A stretch of DNA of 64,000 nucleotides from an uncultured virus (IMG/VR IMGVR_UViG_2811995097_000007). Lineage: Duplodnaviria; Heunggongvirae; Uroviricota; Caudoviricetes. The stretch is from the IMG/VR virus record IMGVR_UViG_2811995097_000007; one strand, written 5' to 3'. The notes under the pieces were generated by a model. The model ran no database searches, was not told the origin of the DNA, and saw only the letters and a list, made by a program, of their open reading frames with translations. Below, one piece after another: positions 57,216 through 64,000 of this stretch (positions are counted from its first letter, which is position 1; every line of letters starts with the position of its first letter). The position numbers and the translations under genes were made by a program.

Positions 57216-58432
57216 TTCCCTACGAAACAGGTGATCAACTTTGGTTTGGTGGACACGCTGCCTCTACCCCTCTTGTATATCCAGGCGGTGGTCACGTCAA
57301 CGGTGCGCCCGTTCGGGCCTGTCACCGGCACCAGGACGCTGAACCGTTCGCCATGCTCGTCAGTCGAATCCTTGAGCGCCGGGAGCTTGGGCAGCTGATC
57401 CATGATCTGGCGCTCCACGTCCTTGGCCTGGCTCTTATCCATGCCGAGCGCCGAAGCCCAGACACGCGCCTTGGACTTTCCACGCGGGTGGTCCGGGTCC
57501 ATTGAATACTTGGTCAGCTTGTTGGGCACGAATGCGGCGCGCTCCACGTTATGCAGCGGCCTGCCGTCCGTGTGCGGCGTCACCGGGTTGTACTCCTGGC
57601 GTTCCCACAGGCTGCGCAGCTTGTGTTCACCGCTTTGCTTTTCCTCTTCCATGGTCGGGATCGGGCTGGCCACTTCCTTGATGCCAGCCTCGTGGACCAC
57701 GGGTTCTGGGTAGCACCGGCAATTCGGGAACTCGCCCGCATGGCCAGTCATGCCGTCAAGCGTAACAGGTTGATCCCAGCGGACGAACTTGCCTTCCATG
57801 GCCGCATGGCTGCTGCGGCGGTTGCCGTCCCTCGTGGTGCGCCAGATATAACCCTCACTGCCCACGGATTCTGAACGAGCTTGGGTGAGCGCCGTGCTGG
57901 TCTTGGAAATCTCTGTGGTGGCGATGGTCCTGGCCCGGCTCAGGGCGACGTTGCCCTTCTCCGCGATCCGCTTGGCCAGAGTCTCGGAGCGCATGCCGCT
58001 TTGAAGAGCTTCCTGGGCCAGCTCCCCCACGCTCTCGGCTGCCTGCCTCGGCAGGGACGTGATGAGGCGGATGTTCTCCTGGACCTTGCTCTGGATGGCG
58101 TGGGTGATGTCGCCGGACAACACGTTCTTGATGTTAATGCCCCAACGCTCGGCAGCGGCCCGCCAGGTCTGGTCGGTTTTCCGCTGGCAGTTGCGCACCA
58201 TATTCGTGGCGGTCTGCTCGGCCCATGGTTCCAGCTTATTGGCGTATTGCTCAAGCTGCTGCTGGGCCTTGGCCGGGTCCGTGGTGTTCTCCAGGAGCTT
58301 GGACACTTCCTTGCCCACGCTTCGCAGCTGCTTGGCGTATCGACGCTCGGCGGCCTTGGAGGGCTGCCACGCCTTTGCGGCGGCGCGGCTCTTCTTCACG
58401 TCCTGCCATGACCAGGCACGGGTCCAGCTCAT
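57212..58432 (-). CDS. MuF minor head protein with C-terminal toxin-like (DUF6883-like) domain
   Basis: RARTIA.TE, YIWRT..D..R.SH, HAGEFPNCRC, then KL..Y...DHPRGKSKA...GPNG...VTTAWI...PKLIT. Confidence 0.8.
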   Translation of the reverse strand: MSWTRAWSWQDVKKSRAAAKAWQPSKAAERRYAKQLRSVGKEVSKLLENTTDPAKAQQQLEQYANKLEPWAEQTATNMVRNCQRKTDQTWRAAAERWGINIKNVLSGDITHAIQSKVQENIRLITSLPRQAAESVGELAQEALQSGMRSETLAKRIAEKGNVALSRARTIATTEISKTSTALTQARSESVGSEGYIWRTTRDGNRRSSHAAMEGKFVRWDQPVTLDGMTGHAGEFPNCRCYPEPVVHEAGIKEVASPIPTMEEEKQSGEHKLRSLWERQEYNPVTPHTDGRPLHNVERAAFVPNKLTKYSMDPDHPRGKSKARVWASALGMDKSQAKDVERQIMDQLPKLPALKDSTDEHGERFSVLVPVTGPNGRTVDVTTAWIYKRGRGSVSTKPKLITCFVGK

Positions 58433-58434
58433 GC

Positions 58435-59802
58435 CTAGTCCTCATCCATCCCAGGAGCCGGAGCTTCGGCTCCTCTGGCCCGTTCAATGGATTCGTCGGT
58501 GATATGGTCGAATCGTCCGGTGAGACGGCCAGAGTTGCGCAGCTCGGACTTGGCTTCGGCCTCGTCAATGAGACCGGCGCTGAACAGCCCAGCAACGCCT
58601 TGGGCGTCATTGGTGGCGATGGTGGACTTGTCCACTTCCGTGGGCTGCCACAGGTCGTTGAACTTGAATTGTGTACTCTTCGGCAGCTGCTTGCCCCACA
58701 GCGACATGGAACAAATCGGTAACAGCGTTTCATATGCTGGACGCAAATCATCGTCCTGGGCCGTGGCGATGGTGTCATAGTAGGTCCGCAGGTCGGACTC
58801 GCCCGTGCTGAATCCCTTGGGACTCTGGCCGAGCAAGCGCACCAGCGGGATGCCTGTGGCCCCGGAAATCTGTTCTGAGAACGCCTGGAGGGCTTCATAA
58901 ACCCCGGCAAAGGTCCAGTTATGGGTGGTGAAAGTGTCCTTGGCATCCAGCAGGGTCAGGCCCTCATTGGTCTGCATGAGCCGGATCATATCGAACATCT
59001 TGGTCAGGGCCTTCTCGGCCTTGCCACCAGCGGCCAGGATATCGCGCAGTCCTTCCACGCCGATGGTGCGGAGGTATGAGCGCAGGATCAGGTTGGCGCT
59101 GCCGTGGGTGGAGCTGTCCAGGGCCAAGATGCGGTCAAAGGCACGTTCCACCGTGGAAGCGCCCCAGCCCTGCTCGGTCTGACGCTCGTGATACGGCAGT
59201 TCCACACCGACAAACCGGATAACGCGGGAGTGGTGGAAGCGCAGATTGGAAAGACCGCTGGTATCGTTGACCGTGTAGTATTCCGGGTAACCCAGCTTGG
59301 GGCCGAGGTCTCGGACAACCTCGGTTGACGGCGTGACCTGGTGGCGATCCAGGACATGCAGTCCTTTGAAGCTGTCCTTGGCAACATAATCCAGGCGCAG
59401 CGGCGAAGATTGGATGGCACCGTCAATGAGGATCACGGCCAAAGCGCCGCCGTAAAGCCGCGACCATTTCAACGTGTCGGACAACCGGCCATTGACGCCC
59501 ATGCGGCTCATGTAGCGCAGCAGCTCGTCAATCTCGCCGGGCGGCAGTTCGGATTGGATGTCGATACCGCCGCGCACCATGTCCTCGGCCACAACATCCA
59601 CCATGCGCCCGACGATCCAGGACGTGCGGTACATGGAATCAAGCTGCGGACGGTTGGCGGACAGGTTCACGCCCGGCGTATACATGCCAGCTGCCAACGG
59701 GTTGTCCTGGCCCAGCCCCAGCTTGGCCACGAAGTTATCGAAGCCGTCCTTGGTGTTTGCGAATTTCTTTCCGCCAGGCTTGTGGTCTCTCCTTCTACCC
59801 AT
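58435..59802 (-). CDS. Portal protein (DUF1073-like)
   Basis: YR.SW....VDV.AEDM.R, W.RLYGG, HHSR, IPLVRLLGQSP.G. Confidence 0.88.
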   Translation of the reverse strand: MGRRRDHKPGGKKFANTKDGFDNFVAKLGLGQDNPLAAGMYTPGVNLSANRPQLDSMYRTSWIVGRMVDVVAEDMVRGGIDIQSELPPGEIDELLRYMSRMGVNGRLSDTLKWSRLYGGALAVILIDGAIQSSPLRLDYVAKDSFKGLHVLDRHQVTPSTEVVRDLGPKLGYPEYYTVNDTSGLSNLRFHHSRVIRFVGVELPYHERQTEQGWGASTVERAFDRILALDSSTHGSANLILRSYLRTIGVEGLRDILAAGGKAEKALTKMFDMIRLMQTNEGLTLLDAKDTFTTHNWTFAGVYEALQAFSEQISGATGIPLVRLLGQSPKGFSTGESDLRTYYDTIATAQDDDLRPAYETLLPICSMSLWGKQLPKSTQFKFNDLWQPTEVDKSTIATNDAQGVAGLFSAGLIDEAEAKSELRNSGRLTGRFDHITDESIERARGAEAPAPGMDED

Positions 59803-61153
59803 TGGCTAACGCCTCCCATGTTCTCAAAGTATTCTTAGTGGCACCTGCCGCATGCAGGGCCAGCGCCAAAGCCCAGAAACGGTCAGCGTGGCCGTCCGGG
59901 GTGCGCTCTGCCGTGAAACGGATGTTCCCGGCTGCGGTGGTCTGTTTGGTTACGGAACGCAGGTCGGCACGAATAACCGGATCATATGGAATCCTGAGCT
60001 TCTTATCCTCAAAAGCTCCACGCACCGGATAGGCCATGGCCTCCTTGCTTTGTTGGGTGAAGCTGACGCCTTCTATCTTGTGTTCGCCAAAGCGATCCTT
60101 GGCGTCATCCACCCAACCGATACCTAGGCCGGTTTCGTCAATACACACCCGGTCCGACTTCTCAAACCAGGGGTAAATGATGGCTTCCTGAGCGCTCTTC
60201 TTCATGTTCTGGAGGCATTCCAGGTGGCGGGTGTAAACTACGTCGCCCAGCCGTTCTAGAACCCAAAGCACGGTCAGGTCTTTCTTGCGTCCGATGTCAA
60301 CGCCGGAATAGAGCCGCCCCTGTTCCATGATGCTCCAGTCCACATCCTGGCCATATTCGCAGGAAGCAATCAGGTCATATTCCAGAAACGCGGCATCATC
60401 GTCGGCGGGCTGACACATGTACTCCTGAAGGAAAGACTCCTCATCAGCACAACCGGCCTTGGTGAAGTCAAAATATTCGGCCTCATCCATGGCCTGGCGT
60501 TCATCATGGGCGGGCAGCGCCTGTTGGAGCTTATAGAGAAAGCCCTGATTGAGGGCGTCTTCAAGAGTGGTGGTGTGCAGGCTGATTCCTTTGGGGTTGC
60601 CAGCCTCTTTCACTTCGCGCACCAGTTGGTTGAAAAAGTTGTTGCTGCCGCGATGAGTGGAGATGATCTCCATATTGCCGCCCCAGGTCAGGCCGGGATA
60701 GGCGATGGACCACAGCTTGCGCGGGTCGGGATGCAGGGCGAACTCGTCAAGAAGACGCGGGCCACGCTTACCGGCCTGGGCATCCGGGTTGGATGACATG
60801 GAATGAATGCGGCGGCCATTGGCAAACTTGAGAACGTAAGCGGATATGCCCTTGTCCGTATCAATGACGACCTCGCCCATATCCTGAGCCGCAATATCAA
60901 GGATGCGCGCCCAGAACACACAGTCCTCCAGGAACAGCTTGGACTGGATGGAATCGCGGGAGCTGACCCACTGATCCAGCCGGGCGGACTGCGCGCCGGT
61001 TCTCTCATCAGCTCCATATGCCGCTGTCCATGACGCGCCGATCTGGCGAGATTTTTGCCAGAGCTTGAGGCGGCTGTTGTCGGCAACCCATGCGGTTTGG
61101 AACGGCAGAAAGATGGCGTCCGGGTTGGTCGGTATGATCTTGGCATTACCCAT
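59795..61153 (-). CDS. Terminase large subunit (Mu gp28-like)
   Basis: KSRQIGASW, LDEFALH, GVDIGRKKDLTV, GHADRFWALALA. Confidence 0.93.
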   Translation of the reverse strand: MGNAKIIPTNPDAIFLPFQTAWVADNSRLKLWQKSRQIGASWTAAYGADERTGAQSARLDQWVSSRDSIQSKLFLEDCVFWARILDIAAQDMGEVVIDTDKGISAYVLKFANGRRIHSMSSNPDAQAGKRGPRLLDEFALHPDPRKLWSIAYPGLTWGGNMEIISTHRGSNNFFNQLVREVKEAGNPKGISLHTTTLEDALNQGFLYKLQQALPAHDERQAMDEAEYFDFTKAGCADEESFLQEYMCQPADDDAAFLEYDLIASCEYGQDVDWSIMEQGRLYSGVDIGRKKDLTVLWVLERLGDVVYTRHLECLQNMKKSAQEAIIYPWFEKSDRVCIDETGLGIGWVDDAKDRFGEHKIEGVSFTQQSKEAMAYPVRGAFEDKKLRIPYDPVIRADLRSVTKQTTAAGNIRFTAERTPDGHADRFWALALALHAAGATKNTLRTWEALANG

Positions 61154-61159
61154 GCGAAA

Positions 61160-61729
61160 CTAGACCTCGAACCCAAGTTCCCGACGGATGGCAGCTCTAC
61201 CTTCGTCGGACAAGCCTTCCTTTCGGGCAACCTTGTCCACGGCCTCGGCGGCCTCGGCGCGGGCTTCCTCTTTCAGCTTGGCAATGAGGTCGGCATCCTG
61301 CTTGGAGGCGCGGGCCAGGTGGTCCATGGCCTTGGCCATTTCCATGGCTCCACGCGGCGAAAGAGTCAGCAGGACGGATTGGGCGTTTTCGTCGTCGCCA
61401 TCCTCGGCCTCGGTTCCATCTGGCAACTGACTCATCATGTCCAGCATAATGCCGTGCAGCAGCTCAATGTTGAGCCTGGCCGTCTTGGACTCCGGGGCGT
61501 CGCCGTAGTTGCGCACCATGGCCTCGGCGATCTCGCGGCTGCGTCGGATGCGCTCGGATACCTTGTCGAGGCTCTGCTTGTAGCGGCCCAGGGCAGAGCG
61601 CGAGACTTCCACGTCCAGGCCGGACAGGTGTTCGACGATCTCATCCAGGGTGCGGCCCTGGTCAAGCAGCGCACCGATCTTGTCACGAATTTCCGGCGGC
61701 AGTTTCTTGATGGTAGATTGCCGTGGCAT
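61160..61729 (-). CDS. Terminase small subunit (Mu gp27/DUF3486-like)
   Basis: R.STI..LP.EIR, VSRSALGRY; start set at MPRQST. Confidence 0.85.
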   Translation of the reverse strand: MPRQSTIKKLPPEIRDKIGALLDQGRTLDEIVEHLSGLDVEVSRSALGRYKQSLDKVSERIRRSREIAEAMVRNYGDAPESKTARLNIELLHGIMLDMMSQLPDGTEAEDGDDENAQSVLLTLSPRGAMEMAKAMDHLARASKQDADLIAKLKEEARAEAAEAVDKVARKEGLSDEGRAAIRRELGFEV

Positions 61730-61730
61730 A

Positions 61731-62027
61731 CTACTCTCCGGGCACGGGACGCTTAACGCCGGGGACGCGGGCGCGGCCAGCGGCCACATCGCTGCCACGG
61801 CTCGTCAACTTGACGATGCGGACGTTGTCCAGCTCTTCCACTTTGACGAGGCCCTGCTCGGCAAGCCAGGCCGCGTCGGTTTCCACCTGATCCTGGGAGC
61901 AATCATGCCCTATGGAGCGCAGCCCGGTTGCCAGTACATAGGTGTTGGCTTTGCCTCCGGGAGCCTCATCAAGCAGGCGCAGTTCTACAAGACGGCGATC
62001 CGCTGTAAGCAGGTCGGAAAAACTCAT
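61731..62027 (-). CDS. Mu gp26-like winged-helix protein
   Basis: DRRLV.LR.L, WLAEQGLV, LT.RG.DVAAG...VPGV.RP. Confidence 0.85.
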   Translation of the reverse strand: MSFSDLLTADRRLVELRLLDEAPGGKANTYVLATGLRSIGHDCSQDQVETDAAWLAEQGLVKVEELDNVRIVKLTSRGSDVAAGRARVPGVKRPVPGE

Positions 62028-62395
62028 TATTTGCCTCCATTAATTTCGTTTTCGAGCAGCAGATTAAGAGGGCGTTCAATACGCTTCATAGCTTCGGTCT
62101 GAGCCTCAGCTCCAACCCGTAGCGCCTTGATGTCTCCCGCCATGCTGCCTAGCTGTTCTTTGATGGCGCTCATCTCCTTGCCGGTGGGAGCCGTTGATTG
62201 GGCCAGCTCTGTGACGGTCTGGCGATCTTCAAGCACCTTCCGTTTATCTTCATGCTCCTTGCACTTCTTCTCGCAGTCTTTGCTGCTGACAAATTCTTTG
62301 CGCAGATAGAGCATGCCACCGGCGATGACGAGTTGGACCACTGCCAACACCACAGAAGCTATCCGGCTCCAGTCGGCTGCTGTTTCCAGATTCAC
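62027..62395 (-). CDS. Mu gp25/DUF2730-like membrane protein
   Basis: N-terminal transmembrane helix, coiled coil, LLLENE end; GTG start. Confidence 0.7.
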   Translation of the reverse strand: MNLETAADWSRIASVVLAVVQLVIAGGMLYLRKEFVSSKDCEKKCKEHEDKRKVLEDRQTVTELAQSTAPTGKEMSAIKEQLGSMAGDIKALRVGAEAQTEAMKRIERPLNLLLENEINGGK

Positions 62396-63075
62396 GGCAC
62401 CACCTCCCCGGCGTTCAGACCAGCGGCCCATTCGATCCAGGTGGAGAGCCTTGCCTCCAGCTCACGGGTGTATCGGCCCATGTCGCGGGCATGGGCGAGG
62501 ATGTCTTCCGGTGTCACTGTAGGTGCTCCTGGAAGTATCCCGGCTTGAGGGGCTTGGGCAGTTCCGGCATCACCATCAACGCGGGAGGTGGAGGCGGGCA
62601 CGGCGTCACCACGGTCACGGGTACGGGAGCCGGTTGCCTCGTTGTAGAGGCGCACCCACTCAGGGCCAAAACGGCAAGAGCCGTCAGCAGTATCAACATC
62701 TTTACTCGCATGGGCGATCCTTTGGTTGGTCAGTTCGCGGGACTGCTTTTCAATTGTTTGCTGGGCGGCCAGGTATTGGCTTTCCAGTGTATGGTTCCGG
62801 GCAACTGCTTGCTCAATCCGCTGCCTGGCAGCGGACTCGGCCTTGACAAGGGCGCGGAGGTGTTGCTCCTGGATCGCGGCCATGGCTTGGGTGTGCTCTT
62901 CGCCCAGCGCGGCCACTTCGGCTTGGCGTTCCAGGTCAGCGGCATCGTATCCGGCGTGGTAGCCGCGCCATGCGGCGGCAGCTACGACCAGGGACACTAT
63001 GATGACAGCGACCAGGCCGATGGCCAGTTTCTTCCAGCCGCCTCCGGCCAGTGCTGCCAAAGGAATGGGAATCAT
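62392..63075 (-). CDS. Rz-like inner membrane spanin
   Basis: N-terminal transmembrane helix plus coiled coil after the endolysin. Confidence 0.65.
   Translation of the reverse strand: MIPIPLAALAGGGWKKLAIGLVAVIIVSLVVAAAAWRGYHAGYDAADLERQAEVAALGEEHTQAMAAIQEQHLRALVKAESAARQRIEQAVARNHTLESQYLAAQQTIEKQSRELTNQRIAHASKDVDTADGSCRFGPEWVRLYNEATGSRTRDRGDAVPASTSRVDGDAGTAQAPQAGILPGAPTVTPEDILAHARDMGRYTRELEARLSTWIEWAAGLNAGEVVP
62514..62711 (-). CDS. Rz1-like outer membrane spanin nested in Rz
   Basis: Lipobox LSGC and Pro-rich mature part (PCPPPPP) in an alternate frame. Confidence 0.65.
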   Translation of the reverse strand: MRVKMLILLTALAVLALSGCASTTRQPAPVPVTVVTPCPPPPPALMVMPELPKPLKPGYFQEHLQ

Positions 63076-63710
63076 GGGCATACTCCTTTGCCCCATCCGG
63101 CATTTTCGTAGAGGGGTTCGAGCACCAGGAGGATACGGCGAGGATAGCCACGATTTTCACGGATGGCCCACTTGGCCCGGCCCGCGTTGACCGCTTCCAC
63201 CTGGTCCCACCAGCGGGTCGGGTCCAAGCCAAGGGCCTTTGCCAACTTCTTGTCCTTATAGAGCCAGCCCAACCCGCCGTTGTAGGCGGACAGGGTCATG
63301 GCCATATGGTCGCATTTCGTGGCGCTCTTGATGCGTTTCCAGAGCCACAGGTCGTAGGCGGTCAAGGCGCGGAGCGCCCAGCCCGGATTGAACGGATTGG
63401 CCTTGCCAACCTGCGGGGCAACCTCCGGCAGCCATGTGGCCGTGGAGGGCATGAACTGAGCCAGCCCACCGGCACCCACAGGGGATTTTGCATCGGCACG
63501 CCAAAGACTTTCCTGGTGGAGCTGCGCGGCGAAGGTGGCCACGGGAGCCTCAAGCCCCCATTCCACACGGGCGCAGCGGATGAGCGTAGAGCGGTACTTG
63601 TAGGCTCGGGCCGGTACGTCTGCTGCGCAAACAATGGTTGCCCACAGCAGAAATCCAAGCACGAACATGGCGGGTAGCACCAACAGCTCCCAATTGCGTA
63701 AAAACTTCAT
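63072..63710 (-). CDS. Lytic transglycosylase endolysin (SLT)
   Basis: QES, GAGGLAQFMPST, AYNGGLG; start set at MKFLRN. Confidence 0.9.
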   Translation of the reverse strand: MKFLRNWELLVLPAMFVLGFLLWATIVCAADVPARAYKYRSTLIRCARVEWGLEAPVATFAAQLHQESLWRADAKSPVGAGGLAQFMPSTATWLPEVAPQVGKANPFNPGWALRALTAYDLWLWKRIKSATKCDHMAMTLSAYNGGLGWLYKDKKLAKALGLDPTRWWDQVEAVNAGRAKWAIRENRGYPRRILLVLEPLYENAGWGKGVCP

Positions 63711-63712
63711 GG

Positions 63713-64000
63713 CTACAGCCCCAACCCTACCGCCAGCATGCAAGCACAGACGATAGCAGCGCGGCGGAACTGAGCCGCCACAAAGGGTATCCAGTCGGAA
63801 GACGAATCAAAGACAGTGGTGGTTTCCGATTCAGGCTCCTGCGACTCGGAAGCCTCAACAAGAATGCCATCGATGTCGTACTTGTCGGGCCGTGCATAAG
63901 GGAACAGGGCGCGGTCAAAGCAGTAACCGGCGAACCCGGCGATGGTGACGAGGCTGACCTTGTAGACAATGACGGGGAGCTGCTGAGGGGAGATGAACGC
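63713..64000 (-). CDS. Putative holin (partial, 5' end outside the window)
   Basis: Read from sequence: ISPQQLPVIVYKVSL...GYCFDRALFPYARP...RRAAIV...AVGLGL*. Confidence 0.8.
   Translation of the reverse strand, partial: AFISPQQLPVIVYKVSLVTIAGFAGYCFDRALFPYARPDKYDIDGILVEASESQEPESETTTVFDSSSDWIPFVAAQFRRAAIVCACMLAVGLGL

Larger units (their letters stand above)
40074..64000 (-). mobile_element. Transposable Mu-like prophage, late half (continues beyond the window)
   Basis: Mu R-end-like terminus, com-MTase at the end, Mu gp26/27/28-like genes, lysis cassette, full myovirus head-tail module. Confidence 0.85.

Noticed and set aside
58435..59802. Portal as an anti-CBASS Acb1 protein
   Set aside because: Size, motifs and position fit a plain portal; no fused 2H-phosphoesterase domain with paired HxT motifs is evident.

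Overview
The window consists almost entirely of three stacked mobile elements. (1) About 361-32670 is an apparently complete P2/HP1/K139-like myovirus prophage: tail, lysis, head and terminase genes, ogr, dam, an accessory hotspot, a primase-helicase replicon with an iteron-like origin, cII/cro/cI, and an integrase fused in frame to an excisionase-like HTH. It ends at a 51-bp 3' fragment of tRNA-Thr(CGT) that marks an att site. (2) About 32726-40073 is an integrative mobilizable element: AlpA/Xis, HUH-type Rep, VirB5-like / lipoprotein / VirB6-like genes, a phased GGGACAC array, an RP4-type oriT, MobC, a relaxase and a YdjM-like hydrolase. (3) From about 40075 to the window end is the late half of a transposable Mu-like prophage that appears to be inserted into element 2. 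It has a Mu R-end-like sequence, com plus a DNA methyltransferase, a non-Mu myovirus head/tail module, a MuF-toxin/immunity-like pair and a Mu-like terminase/lysis block. The most striking unexplained signal is a 77-79 nt cloverleaf with covarying stems, oriented divergently from the DNA methyltransferase locus in both unrelated prophages. All family assignments come from motif recognition by eye, not from database searches. The host taxon cannot be established from the window.
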